Below are positions 18,933-29,032 of a DNA stretch of 64,000 bases, piece by piece (position 1 is the stretch's first letter; the number at the start of each line of letters is the position of its first letter). The DNA comes from a bacterium (GTDB lineage: Bacteria > Eisenbacteria > RBG-16-71-46), in contig JBJTRI010000119.1 in the NCBI GenBank assembly GCA_046076045.1, forward strand, positions 1,014-65,013, in the 5' to 3' direction. The notes under the pieces were generated by a model that did no database searches, was not told where the DNA came from, and saw only the letters and a program-made list of their open reading frames with translations. A program made the translations under genes and the position numbers.

Positions 18933-19499
18933 ATGAGCGGTCCCGTTCGCGACCTGGCCGCCGTCGAGCGCGCCGTCGCCGACCTGCTCCGGGCCCTGGG
19001 GCTGTCCGCCGTCTCCGAGCCCGAACTGGCCCAGACCCCCGCGCGGGTCTCCGAGCTCTACCGCGAGGTGCTCTCGGGGCTCGACCCGGCCACGCACCCC
19101 GACCTCGCCACCTTCCCGCACGCCGGTCAGGGCGACCTCGTCGTGGTCCGCGACCTCGAGTTCCACTCGTTGTGCGTGCACCACATGGTGCCGTTCTTCG
19201 GTCGCGCGCTCGTGGCCTACCTGCCGGGCGACACGCTCGTCGGGATCAGCGCCGCCGCTCGCTTGCTCGAGACCTACTCGCGCCGTCCGCAGTTGCAGGA
19301 GCGACTCGGCCAGCAGATCGCCGACCACCTCGACCGCCTCATCCGTCCGCGCGGCGTCGCGGTGGTGCTCGAGGCGCGCCACCTGTGCATGGAGATGCGC
19401 GGGATCCGCCGGCGGGGCATGGTCGAGACGCGCGCGGTGCGCGGTGAACTCGCCGACCCGCGGTGGGCCGAGGCGTTGCGCTTCGGGCCCGGGGCCTGA
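18933..19499 (+). CDS. folE: GTP cyclohydrolase I
   Basis: Conserved FolE core ([27 protein letters not shown]). The internal ATG at 18933 avoids overlap with the tRNA. Confidence 0.85.
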   Translation: MSGPVRDLAAVERAVADLLRALGLSAVSEPELAQTPARVSELYREVLSGLDPATHPDLATFPHAGQGDLVVVRDLEFHSLCVHHMVPFFGRALVAYLPGDTLVGISAAARLLETYSRRPQLQERLGQQIADHLDRLIRPRGVAVVLEARHLCMEMRGIRRRGMVETRAVRGELADPRWAEALRFGPGA

Positions 19500-19513
19500 G
19501 CCGGGGGGCAGCG

Positions 19514-20266
19514 ATGAGCGGTGTGCCGTCGGTCAGCGTCGTGCTCGTGACCCGCGACCGGCGTGCGCTGCTCGCCGACGCGCTCGCGAGCGTGGTCGCG
19601 CAGTCGCCCGCGCCGTGCGAGGTGCGCATCGGCGACGACGGCACCACGCCCGCCGTGCTGCCCGACGACCTGCCCCTGCTCGAGGTCACGGTGGTGCCGG
19701 GGGGGCACGGGTCCGCCGCGGCCGCGCGCAATGCCGCCGCTGCCGGGGCGCGCGGTGAGGTGCTGGCGTTCCTCGACGACGACGACCGCTGGCGTCCGGG
19801 GCACCTCGCCGCGCTCGCCGAGGCGTTCCGCGACCCCACGGTGGGCTTCGCCTGGCGCGACAGCGAGGTGGTGCGCGAGCGCGTGGCCCCCTCGGGCGAG
19901 CGCATCGCCTACGACCGTCGCACGCTCGCGCGCGACTGGGACGACGCGCTCATGCGCTCCGACGACTACCTGCCGCCGAGCGCGTGGGGCGTGCGTCGCT
20001 CGTGCTTCGAGGCGCTGGGCGGGTTCGACGCCTCGCTGCGCTACAGCGAGGACTGGGACTTCGTGCTGCGGGCCGCCGCCCGCACCGGCGTGCGCCGCGT
20101 GCCCGGTGTTTCGGTCGAGGTCCGGCTGCGCGAGAGCGGCAACAGCTCGGCGGAGTTCACGCCCGAGCGTCTCGAGTGCCTGCGGCGCGTGGCCGAGCGC
20201 CACGGGTTCGCGACCCCGGGCCCCAAGACGTTCTGGGAGGTGGCGCTCGCGGTGGGGGCGTCGTGA
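19514..20266 (+). CDS. Glycosyltransferase family 2
   Basis: [21 protein letters not shown]...DDGT and FLDDDD (DXD) motifs. 250 aa. Confidence 0.7.
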   Translation: MSGVPSVSVVLVTRDRRALLADALASVVAQSPAPCEVRIGDDGTTPAVLPDDLPLLEVTVVPGGHGSAAAARNAAAAGARGEVLAFLDDDDRWRPGHLAALAEAFRDPTVGFAWRDSEVVRERVAPSGERIAYDRRTLARDWDDALMRSDDYLPPSAWGVRRSCFEALGGFDASLRYSEDWDFVLRAAARTGVRRVPGVSVEVRLRESGNSSAEFTPERLECLRRVAERHGFATPGPKTFWEVALAVGAS

Positions 20267-21177
20267 CGGGACGCGAACTGGTCATCGTGGGCGCGGGCCC
20301 GGCCGGGGTCTCGGCCGCGTTGTGGGCGCGCCTGCTCGACCTCGACGTGCTGTTGCTCGAGGCGGGCGAGGGGCCGGGCGGCCAGTTGCACCACATCCAC
20401 TTCCAACCGCGCGAGATCCCGGGGTGGACGGCGGGGGACGGTGCGGCCATGGCCGCGACCTACGAGCGCCAGCTCGCCGAGTCCGGCATCCCCGTGCGCT
20501 ACGGTGCGGTCGCGGCGGCCCTCACGCCCGGCGAGCCCCCGTCTCTGACGCTCGCCGACGGCGGCACGGTGGCCGCGCGTGCGCTGCTCGTCGCCACCGG
20601 CGCGCGGCGCCGTCGTCTCGGCGTGCCGGGCGAGGAGGATTTCACCGACCGCGGCCTGTCGTACTCCGCGACCCGCGACCTGTCGCGCCTCACCGGGCGC
20701 CGCCTGGTGGTGGTGGGCGGGGGCGATGCGGCCTACGAGAACGCGCTCATCCTGGCGGCCGCGGGCCGCGACGTGACGCTGCTCGTGCGCGGGGTGTCGC
20801 GGGCGCGTGCCGAGTTCCGCGAGCGCGTGGCGGCCGATGCCCGCATCCGCGTGCGCACCGGTGCCACGGTGCGCGCGGTGCTCGGCGACGATCGCGTGCG
20901 GGCGCTGCGCGTCGCGGAGCCCGACGGCGAGCGCGAGTTGCCGTGCGACGGCGTGGTGGTGAAGGTCGGCGTGGTGCCCAACACCGAGTGGTGCCGTGGT
21001 GCGCTCGCGCACGACGCCGACGGCTGGCTCACGGTGGACGCGTCGTTCGCGACCTCGGGTGCGGGCGTGTGGGCCGCGGGCGACGTGACGCGCCCGCTGC
21101 TGCCGGGCATCCCGGTCGCGCACGGCCACGGTGCCCTCGTGGTCGCCGCCATCCGGCACGCGCTGCGCGGCGACTGA
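20263..21177 (+). CDS. Thioredoxin-reductase-like FAD/NAD(P)-binding oxidoreductase lacking the CxxC redox centre (TrxR-type FNR-like)
   Basis: GTGA overlap with upstream GT2. It has LVIVGAGPAGVSAA (FAD) and VVVGGGDAAYENAL (NADPH) motifs. The position of the TrxB CATC motif reads SYSATRDL, so both cysteines are missing. Confidence 0.75.
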   Translation: MTGRELVIVGAGPAGVSAALWARLLDLDVLLLEAGEGPGGQLHHIHFQPREIPGWTAGDGAAMAATYERQLAESGIPVRYGAVAAALTPGEPPSLTLADGGTVAARALLVATGARRRRLGVPGEEDFTDRGLSYSATRDLSRLTGRRLVVVGGGDAAYENALILAAAGRDVTLLVRGVSRARAEFRERVAADARIRVRTGATVRAVLGDDRVRALRVAEPDGERELPCDGVVVKVGVVPNTEWCRGALAHDADGWLTVDASFATSGAGVWAAGDVTRPLLPGIPVAHGHGALVVAAIRHALRGD

Positions 21178-21256
21178 CGCCGCGCTCTGGCGCCGCGGCC
21201 ACGGCGCGGTTAGCGTGCCGTGCATCCACCGACCGTCCCCGAACCCGGAGCCCCCG

Positions 21257-22786
21257 ATGAGCGCTTTCACCGACCCGCGCGACCTCGCCCAACTCGCCGA
21301 GCGTGGCATCTCGCCCGCCGAGGCCGAGCGCCAACTCGAGGTCATGGGCCGCCCCGCGGCGTGGGCCGTGCTCGAGCGCCCGTGCACGCCGGGCGACGGG
21401 ATCGAGCGGCTCGACGAGGCGCGGATCGAGGGGCTGCTCGCGGAGCACGCCCGCGCCGCCCGCGCCGGGCGCGTGAGCGCGTTCGTGCCCGCCTCGGGCG
21501 CGGCGACGCGCATGTTCAAGGACCTGCTCGCGGCCCGCGACCTGCCGGGGGCCCTCGAGCCCGCGGTGGTCCGCGCCACCGCGGGCCCGGCGGCCGCCGG
21601 TCTCGTGCGGTTCGTGGACGAGTTGCCGCGCTTCGCGTTCGCCGACGCGCTGGCCGCCGTGCTGGCGCGTGACGGTCACGACCTCGCCACGCTCCGCTCG
21701 CAGGGCCCGTGGCGCCCGCTGCTCGAGGGCTTCCTGGCCCCGAGCGGACTCGATGCGGCGCGCGCCCCCAAGGGCCTGCTCGCGTTCCACCGCGAGGGCG
21801 GGCAGGCGCGCACCGCGTTCGAGGAGCACCTGCTCGAGGCGGTGCCGCTCGCGAGCGACGCCACCGGCGTGCGAGCCCTCGACGTGACCGTGTCGCCCGA
21901 GCATCGCGCCGGGTTCGAGGCCGTGCTCGCGACGCGCGCCCCCGCGCTCGCCGAGTGCTTCGAGGGCCGCTGGGAGGTGGCCTTCAGCGAGCAGCACCCG
22001 GCCACCGACACGATCGCGGGCGACCCCGCGGGCGGGGCGTTCCGCGACGAGCACGGTCGGCTGCTGTTCCGGCCCGCCGGGCACGGCGCGCTGCTCCACA
22101 ACCTCGGGGTCTCGGGGCGCGACCTCGTGTTCCTGAAGAACATCGACAACGTGGCGGTGTGGCGCATGAAGGGCGAGACCGTGCGCTGGGCGCGCGCACT
22201 CGTCGGGTTGGCGGCCGAGACCTCGGCGCACGCGAGCGCGCTCGTGCGCCGCCTGCGCGCCGGGGACGCGGCGGCCCCCGCCGAGGCCCGCGCGTGGGCG
22301 GCGATGGAACTGGGTCTGGTGCTGCCCCCCGCGCTCGATGCGGCCGCTCTGGCTGACGCGCTCGACCGTCCGGTGCGCGTGTGCGGCATGGTGGCCAACA
22401 CCGGCGAGCCCGGGGGCGGACCGTTCTGGGTGCGCGGCGCGCACGGCCTGACGCGCCAGATCGTGGAGTCCGCGCAGGTCGATCCGGCCTCGGCCGCGCA
22501 GCAGGCGGTGCTGCGCTCGGCCACGCACTTCAACCCGGTGTTCCTCGCCTGCGCCCTGCGCGCCGCCGACGGACGACCGCACGACCTCGACCGGTTCGTG
22601 GACCCCGCCGCGGTCATCGTCACGCGCAAGTCGCACGGGGGCCGCGACCTGTTGGCGCTCGAGCGGCCGGGGTTGTGGAACGGTGCGATGGCGCACTGGC
22701 TCACGCGCTTCGTCGAGGTGCCGCTCGCGGTCTTCAATCCCGTCAAGACGGTCTTCGACCTGTTGCGCCCCGAGCACCAGGGCTAG
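21257..22786 (+). CDS. Conserved hypothetical protein, DUF4301-like (possible nucleotidyltransferase-like fold)
   Basis: 509-aa ORF with uniformly high GC3. Motifs VPASGAATRMF and LFRPAGHGALL..FLKNIDNV recall sugar-nucleotide pyrophosphorylase folds. The family name is from memory, not a search. Confidence 0.55.
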   Translation: MSAFTDPRDLAQLAERGISPAEAERQLEVMGRPAAWAVLERPCTPGDGIERLDEARIEGLLAEHARAARAGRVSAFVPASGAATRMFKDLLAARDLPGALEPAVVRATAGPAAAGLVRFVDELPRFAFADALAAVLARDGHDLATLRSQGPWRPLLEGFLAPSGLDAARAPKGLLAFHREGGQARTAFEEHLLEAVPLASDATGVRALDVTVSPEHRAGFEAVLATRAPALAECFEGRWEVAFSEQHPATDTIAGDPAGGAFRDEHGRLLFRPAGHGALLHNLGVSGRDLVFLKNIDNVAVWRMKGETVRWARALVGLAAETSAHASALVRRLRAGDAAAPAEARAWAAMELGLVLPPALDAAALADALDRPVRVCGMVANTGEPGGGPFWVRGAHGLTRQIVESAQVDPASAAQQAVLRSATHFNPVFLACALRAADGRPHDLDRFVDPAAVIVTRKSHGGRDLLALERPGLWNGAMAHWLTRFVEVPLAVFNPVKTVFDLLRPEHQG

Positions 22787-22802
22787 GCGGGCGCCCGCGC
22801 CC

Positions 22803-24859
22803 TCAGTGCGTGGCGAGCACGCGCAGCGAGCGCGGCGCGAGCCGGTCGTGCATCGGGTCGGGCAGCGGACGCGACTGCTCGATCGGCGTGAAGTCCTCGG
22901 GCGCGGCACTCGCGGTGTCGGCGATGAGGTGCCAGTGGCCGCCGCGCCCGGGCTCGGGCGTGGTGAAGTGCTGCGGTTGGGCCGTCCCGTTCACCTGCAG
23001 CAGGAAGTCCGGGTCGCCGTCGCCGTGCACGTGCATCTGCAGCATGAGGCCACCCGCGTCCCAGTCGGGCGGGCCGAGGATCGGACCGTGCCAGCTCACG
23101 CCGTCGGCGCCGGTCGAGCGGTACCAGCCCTCGCCGCGCAGCACCTTGTACTCGCGCCGCAGTCGCATGAGGCCCGCCACGAAGCGCTGGAACGCGGCCT
23201 CGTCGGGGCTGGCGTCCCAGTCGAGCCACCACGCCGGGCCGTCGTGGCACCACGCGTTGTTGTTGCCGCGCTGCGAGCGCAGGCGATCGTCGCCCCACAG
23301 CCAGAGCACCGCGCCGCGCGACAGCAGGGTGAGGGCGGCGGCGTTGCGCGCCTGACGCAGGCGCACGCCGAGCACCGCCGGGTCGTGCGTCGGGCCCTCG
23401 GCGCCCCCGTTCCAACTGCGGTGGTGGTCGCTGCCGTCGCGTTCCTGCTCGCCGTTCGCGAGGTTGTGCTTGCGCTCGTGGCTCACGAGGTCGGCGAGCG
23501 TGAAGCCGTCGTGGCAGGTCACGAAGTTCACCGAGTGCCCCGGGCGCCGGTCGGGCGCGAACCGGTCGGAGGAGCCGCCGAGCCGGGTGGCGAGCGCGCC
23601 GGGGCACCGCCGTGCCCGCGCAGCCAGTCGCGCACGTCGTCGCGGAAGTGGTCGTTCAACTCGGCCCACCGGCCGTGGTGCGGGAAGCGGCCGCCGTGGT
23701 ACACGCCGGTGTCCCACGGCTCGGCGATGAGCTTGCAGTGCGCGAGCAGCGGGTCCTCGGCGATCGCGCGCACGAGCGGCGGGTCGGCGAGCGGGGTGCC
23801 GTCGGGGCCGCGCGTGAGCGTCGAGGCGAGGTCGAAGCGGAACCCGTCCACGTGCATCTCGTGCGCCCAGAACCGCAGCGCGTCGAGCACCATGCGCGAG
23901 CCGTGCTCCGAGGCGCACGCGAACGTGTTGCCGCAGCCGGTGTGGTCGCGGTCGCGCCCGTCGGCGTCGAGCAGGTAGTAGCTCGCGCGGTCGAGCCCGC
24001 GCCAACTGCGCGGCGGTTCGGTGCGTGAGCCCTCGCCAGTGTGGTTGAACACCACGTCCAGGATGACCTCGAGCCCGACGCGGTGCAGCGCGCGCACCAT
24101 GTCGCGGAACTCCCGCAACGCCCCGGCCGCGGTGGCGTCGGCGGCGTACGCGGTGCGCGGCGCCATGAACGCGAGCGGCGCGTAGCCCCAGACGTTGAGC
24201 AGCGGCTCGCCCGTGAGCGGGTTCGTGCGCGGGTTGTCGGTCTCGTCGAACTCGGCGACCGGCATGAGCTGCACCGCCGTGAAGCCCATCGCGGCCAGCC
24301 ACCCGGCCTTCTCCGCGAGGCCCGCGAACGTGCCGGGGTGCGCGACGCGCGAGCTCGGGTGCGCGGTGAACGCACGCACGTGCGTCTCGTGGATCACGGT
24401 GTCGCCGAGCGGCGTGCGCGGCGCGCGGTCGTCGCCCCAGTCGTAGGCCAGGTCCACCACGACCGAGCGCAGCACGCGCGGGCCGCCGCGCTCGGGTCGC
24501 TCGCCCCAGCGCTCGGAGCCCGCCACGCCGTGCGCGTACGGGTCGAGCAGGAGGGCGTCGGGGTCGAACGCGTGCTCGGGACCGCGCACGTCGGAGTCGG
24601 AGCGCCACGCGTACTCGGCGCCTGCGGCGAGCCCGGGTACGAACGCGTGCCAGACGTCGCCGGTGCGGTGGCGCGCCGGGGCGAGCTCGAACTCGCGTAC
24701 CGCGCGGCCGCCGGGTGCGAACAACGCGAGCGTCAGACGCGTGGCGTGGCGCGAGACGACCGCGAAGTTCACGCCAGCCCGCGTGAGCGTGGAGCCGAGC
24801 GGCTCGGCGGAGCCGGGCTCGACGCTCAGCGCACTCGGGGGCGGGACGGGATCGGCCAT
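22803..24859 (-). CDS. glgX: Glycogen debranching enzyme GlgX / isoamylase (GH13), reading frame interrupted by an apparent 1-nt frameshift near 23590-23600
   Basis: Two overlapping minus-strand ORFs (23528..24859 and 22803..24608) together give a colinear GlgX: N-terminal CBM48-like region, catalytic GH13 motifs (GFRFDLAS, EPWD) and C-terminal domain. The shift sits in a CCCC/GGGG run inside GHGGAP/PGALATRLGGSSD. Confidence 0.7.
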
Positions 24860-24934
24860 GCGGGACGGGACCTCGGGGAGTGGGGGACGCCGCAGGTTAG
24901 CGCGTCCTGCGCCCGACGCCCAAGCCGGCCGCGC

Positions 24935-25444
24935 TCAGCGCGCGGGCTTGAACGTGAGCGACACCGAGTTGATGCAGTAGCGCAGCCCGCTGGGCTCGGG
25001 GCCGTCCTCGAACACGTGCCCGAGGTGCCCGCCGCAACGCCCGCAGTCCACCGCGACGCGCACCATGCCCCACGAGGTGTCGGACTTCTCGTGCACGACG
25101 TTGTCGAACGCCGGGCGCCAGAAGCTCGGCCAGCCCGTGCCCGAGTCGAACTTGGTGTCGGACCCGAACAGCGTGAGCCCGCAACCCGCGCACGCGAACG
25201 TGCCCTTGCGCGACTCCTTCCACAGCGCGCCCGTGAACGCGCGCTCGGTCCCCTCCTCGCGCAGGACGTGGAACTGCTCGGGGGTGAGGCGCGCGCGCCA
25301 CTCGGCCGCGGTGCGCACCACCTTCTCGTAGCGCGGGCCCGCGGGTGCGCGTGCCGGGGTGCGCGCGTCGCGCGCAGGGGCGGCGAGGGCCGGGGCGGCG
25401 GACAGCGCGAGCACGAGGGCGAGGGCGCGGAGCGGGCTGGGCAT
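24935..25444 (-). CDS. msrB: Peptide-methionine (R)-S-oxide reductase MsrB with N-terminal signal peptide
   Basis: Conserved MsrB zinc CxxC pairs ([17 protein letters not shown]) and catalytic RYCINS motif. Start ATG ([12 protein letters not shown]...) is preceded by GGAGG. Confidence 0.85.
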   Translation of the reverse strand: MPSPLRALALVLALSAAPALAAPARDARTPARAPAGPRYEKVVRTAAEWRARLTPEQFHVLREEGTERAFTGALWKESRKGTFACAGCGLTLFGSDTKFDSGTGWPSFWRPAFDNVVHEKSDTSWGMVRVAVDCGRCGGHLGHVFEDGPEPSGLRYCINSVSLTFKPAR

Positions 25445-25539
25445 CGGGGGCCTCCGAGGGTGGGTCATGGCGCGACGGTCTCGCAGCGTTCGATGGTGCG
25501 CAGGGCACGGGCGTTGCAGGCGGCGGGGTCCGGGCGGGG

Positions 25540-26175
25540 TCAAATCCCGCCTGCGCGCCCGGCGAGTGCCGCGCGCGCGGTCGGCAGCAGGGTGTCGGCC
25601 CACTCGGCGTAGGCGCGGCCGCCGGGATGGAGCAGGTCCTCGGCCAGGTAGGCGGGGTCGCCGCCGTGGCGGCGCGAGTGCGCCGTGACGTCCACCCAGT
25701 GCGCGCCGATCGCGCGCACGCGCTCGTGCTGCGCGGCGTTGAGCGCGTCGATCTCGCGTGCGATGCGCGCCCGGTCGCGGCCGGCCGCGTACGGCGTCGC
25801 ACCCCAGTCGGGGATGGAGACCGCGACGACGCGCGCCGGCTGGTCCCCCGCGAGCGCGACGGCGCGCGCGAGGGCGCGGACGTGGTCGGCGAGGGTGTTC
25901 GCGGGGTCGAGCCCGCGGTACTGGTCGTTGACGCCGATGAGCAGGGTCACGAGCGCGTGCCGACCGCCATCGGGCCACACGCCCTCGCGCTCCATCGCGC
26001 CCAGCATCTCGGCCACGGTCCAGCCGGTGCGCGCGACGATGCGCGGCTCGGCGACCGGCATGCCGCCCGCGGTGAGCGCGCGCGCGAGGCGCACGGGCCA
26101 GCGCTCGGCCGGGGTGACGCCCTCGCCGATCGTGTACGAGTCGCCGAGGGCCAGGAACGGGGCGGGTTCGCTCAT
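25540..26175 (-). CDS. SGNH/GDSL-family hydrolase
   Basis: N-terminal LALGDSYT (GDS block I), GVNDQ (block III) and a C-terminal DxxH-like block. 211 aa. Confidence 0.7.
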   Translation of the reverse strand: MSEPAPFLALGDSYTIGEGVTPAERWPVRLARALTAGGMPVAEPRIVARTGWTVAEMLGAMEREGVWPDGGRHALVTLLIGVNDQYRGLDPANTLADHVRALARAVALAGDQPARVVAVSIPDWGATPYAAGRDRARIAREIDALNAAQHERVRAIGAHWVDVTAHSRRHGGDPAYLAEDLLHPGGRAYAEWADTLLPTARAALAGRAGGI

Positions 26176-26218
26176 GCGGCGAGCGTAGCGTGCGCGCCGC
26201 CCGCCCGCATCCGCGCCC

Positions 26219-26833
26219 TCAGGCCGCGCGCGCGTCGAGCCCCGGGTTGCCGTGGCCCTCGAGCTGGCCCGTCTCGCGCAGACGGATGAAGGCGTCCACC
26301 ACCTCGGGGAAGAACTGCGTGCCGCGGTGGCGCTGCAACTCGGCGCACGCCTCGTCGGCGGGCAGGCCATGGCGGTAGGGGCGCTCCTCGGTCATCGCGT
26401 CGTAGGCCGCGCACACCATCACGATGCGCGCCCCCATGGGGATCGCCTCGCCCGTGAGCCCGCGCGGGTAGCCGCGCCCGTCGGGGCGTTCGTGGTGCGC
26501 GTGCACGATCGCCGCGACCTCGCCGAGTCCGGGGACACCGCACAGCATCTCCCAGCCCACGGTGGGATGTGTGCGCACCGCCGCGACCTCGTCGGGGTCG
26601 AGCGGGCGCGGACTCTGCACGACGTCGTTGAGGAGCGCGTGCCGCCCGAGGTCGTGCAGACGCGCGCCCATCTCGATCGCCCACAGGTCGGTGGCGGGCA
26701 CGCCGAGCTCGCGCGCGATCGCGAGCGACCAGCGCGCGATGCGCGCCGAGCGACCGCGCGTGTGCGGGTCCGCGGCGTCGATGACGTGCGTGAGCGCACG
26801 CACGAGCGGGAGTAGCGCGGGATCGGGTCTCAT
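26219..26833 (-). CDS. Stand-alone HD-GYP domain protein (putative c-di-GMP phosphodiesterase)
   Basis: HD motif (ARLHDLGR) and HHERPDGRGYPRGL (HD-GYP signature). GGAGG lies 6 nt upstream of the ATG. 204 aa. Confidence 0.75.
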   Translation of the reverse strand: MRPDPALLPLVRALTHVIDAADPHTRGRSARIARWSLAIARELGVPATDLWAIEMGARLHDLGRHALLNDVVQSPRPLDPDEVAAVRTHPTVGWEMLCGVPGLGEVAAIVHAHHERPDGRGYPRGLTGEAIPMGARIVMVCAAYDAMTEERPYRHGLPADEACAELQRHRGTQFFPEVVDAFIRLRETGQLEGHGNPGLDARAA

Positions 26834-26867
26834 CGGGGGCCTCCGGTCGGGTGGTGGAGGGCGGGCG

Positions 26868-27926
26868 TCATGCCGCCTCCGAGGTCGCGCGCGCGGCGAG
26901 CGCGCCCGGGTCCAGTGCATGGCGGAACGCCTCGGCGCGGTGGATCGCGCCGGTGCGTACGAGTTCGAGCAGGGCCGCGTCGAGCGAGGCCAGCGTGGTG
27001 GCCGGGGTCGCGAGTGCGAGGCCGCGCGTGCCGGCGCCGACCGTGCTCGTCGTAGGCGGGGCGAGCGCGGCGTCGGCCACCAGTCGTCGGCCGCTGCCGT
27101 CGGCGTGCCGCACGAGGCGCTGGGTCACGACCATGCGCAGGTGGCTCGCCAATCGTGCGCGTGCCGCATCGCGGCGCGCGGGCGCATGCGCGCTCACGAG
27201 GCGATCGACCGCGTGCGTGGCATCGGGTGCGTCGAGCGCGCCCAGCACGAGCGTGCCGGCGGCCGCGAGTTCGAGTGCGGCCGCCGCGGCAGCCGGCTCG
27301 TGCAGGTCGGCGAGCAGCACCACGTCGGCGTCGGCGCGCATGGCGTCGCGCACCGCGTCCTCGAGGCTCGGCGCGTGCGTGCCCACCTCGCGCTGACCCA
27401 TCGCGCACTGCAGCGGGACATGGCGGTGCTCGATCGGGTCCTCGATCGTCACGATGCGCCCGCGCCGCGTCTGGTTGAGGTGGCGCACCAGCGCCGCGAG
27501 CGTCGTCGAGCGTCCCGAGCCGTGCGGTCCGGTCACCACCACCAGACCCGAGTCGAGCGCGAGCACGGCGGGCACGAGTGCGGGCAGGGACAGCGCGGCG
27601 AGCGTCGGCGGTTCGGCCGGGAGCGGGCGGAGTGTCGCGGCGACACCCGCGGCGTGCCGCACCACCGTCACGCGGAACCGGCCCGCGGTCGAGTCGTCGA
27701 ACGCACCCACCGCACGCACGCCGGCATGGGCGCGCTCGAGCAGGGCGTCGGGCAGGCGCGCGGCGAGCCACGCCACGACCTCGCCCGCGATCACGGGGTC
27801 CGAGCCCCACGCCACCGCACGACCGTGCTGGCGCACGCGCGGCAGGTCGCCGTCGCTCAGGTGCAGGTCGGAGACGCCCTCGGTCGCGGCGCGTGCGAGC
27901 AGCGCGTCGAGGCGGTGCGTGCTCAT
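26868..27926 (-). CDS. PilT-like type IV pilus retraction ATPase family protein (Walker A intact, catalytic Glu and His-box residues substituted)
   Basis: ASDLHL N-terminal motif, Walker A GPHGSGRSTT, Asp box IEDPIE. The Walker B/catalytic region is DVVLLADLHE where PilT has DVILVGEMRD, and the His box GTLHT is replaced by GALDA. ATGA overlap with the upstream paralog. Confidence 0.8.
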   Translation of the reverse strand: MSTHRLDALLARAATEGVSDLHLSDGDLPRVRQHGRAVAWGSDPVIAGEVVAWLAARLPDALLERAHAGVRAVGAFDDSTAGRFRVTVVRHAAGVAATLRPLPAEPPTLAALSLPALVPAVLALDSGLVVVTGPHGSGRSTTLAALVRHLNQTRRGRIVTIEDPIEHRHVPLQCAMGQREVGTHAPSLEDAVRDAMRADADVVLLADLHEPAAAAAALELAAAGTLVLGALDAPDATHAVDRLVSAHAPARRDAARARLASHLRMVVTQRLVRHADGSGRRLVADAALAPPTTSTVGAGTRGLALATPATTLASLDAALLELVRTGAIHRAEAFRHALDPGALAARATSEAA

Positions 27927-29017
27927 GCGGCCCTCCGCTCGTCCTGCGCCAGCGCGAGTAGGGCGGGGCGCGTGACGAACGGCGCGAGGCTGCCGCGGTC
28001 GTCCGCACGCAGGAACGCGTCGTCGGGGTCGGCGTCGCCCGCGCGCACGAGTGCGACGAGCGCGTGGTCCATGAGCTGCATGCCGAGCCGACGCCCGGCG
28101 GCGATCGCCCCCGGCAGTTGCGCGCTGCGGCCCTCGAGCACGAGCGCGCGCACGGTGGGCGTGCCGATCAGCACCTCGTGCACCGCGACGCGTCCGCGGC
28201 CATCGGCGCGACGCACGAGTTGCTGCGACACGACGAGGCGCAACGACTCGGCGAGCGCCCGTCGCGTGCTGGGCGAGTCGGCGCCGAGGTCGGTGAGGCG
28301 TTCGAGCGTGGCCACCGCGCCGCGCGTGGGCAGCGTGGCGATGACGCGGCGTCCCGAGGTCGCGGCCGCGAGCACGGCGGCAAACATGGCGGCGTCGGGG
28401 ATGTCGTCGAGTGCAACCACGTCGTGGTCGCCGTCGCGTGCCGCGTTCAGACCGTGCACGCGCGAGGGCACGTGCGTGCCGAGCTCGCGCTGGACCACGG
28501 GGGCGACACCGGGCGCATGCAGGCACTCGATCGGGTCCTCGAGCGTGAGCACCGCGGCGCCCTCGCGATCGAGCGCGTCGCGCACCAGTGCCGCCATGGT
28601 CGTGGAGCGTCCGCTGCCGGCCGGGCCGGTCACCAGCACGAGCCCGTGGCGCGGACCGCCGGGGTCGGTGATGACGCGCGGCAGTCCGAGGTCGGCGGGG
28701 CGCGGCGGCAGCAGCGGCACGAGGCGCGACGTGCACGCGAGACCGGCCTGTTCGAGGTGCACCGAGAGCCGTGCCCGCGTGCCGTCGGCGCCGACGTGCG
28801 CGAGCCGCACCGCACCGTGCGCGGCCAGCGCGTCGCGCGCGGAGGGGGGCAGCGCCTCGCGCACCAGGTCCTCGAGCGCGGTGGCGTCGAGCGCGCGGAA
28901 CGGCACCGGCACCAGCACGCCGTCCACGCGCGCGAGCGGCGGCTGGCCGACCGTGAGGTGCAGGTCGGACGCGCCGAGCTGTCGTGCGGCGTCGTGGAAG
29001 GCGTCGATCCGGGCCAT
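27923..29017 (-). CDS. PilT-like ATPase family protein, second tandem paralog (also degenerate at catalytic Glu/His box)
   Basis: SDLHL, Walker A GPAGSGRSTT, LEDPIE. The Walker B region is DVVALDDIPD and the His-box position is ATLPT. 364 aa. Confidence 0.8.
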   Translation of the reverse strand: MARIDAFHDAARQLGASDLHLTVGQPPLARVDGVLVPVPFRALDATALEDLVREALPPSARDALAAHGAVRLAHVGADGTRARLSVHLEQAGLACTSRLVPLLPPRPADLGLPRVITDPGGPRHGLVLVTGPAGSGRSTTMAALVRDALDREGAAVLTLEDPIECLHAPGVAPVVQRELGTHVPSRVHGLNAARDGDHDVVALDDIPDAAMFAAVLAAATSGRRVIATLPTRGAVATLERLTDLGADSPSTRRALAESLRLVVSQQLVRRADGRGRVAVHEVLIGTPTVRALVLEGRSAQLPGAIAAGRRLGMQLMDHALVALVRAGDADPDDAFLRADDRGSLAPFVTRPALLALAQDERRAA

Positions 29018-29032
29018 GGCGTCGTCCGCGCG

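Noticed and set aside
18592-19000. tRNA-Gly as a possible integration site for a genomic island
   Set aside because: No integrase, recombinase, direct repeat of the tRNA 3' end or compositional shift is seen on either side. Flanking genes (lysC, folE) are housekeeping.
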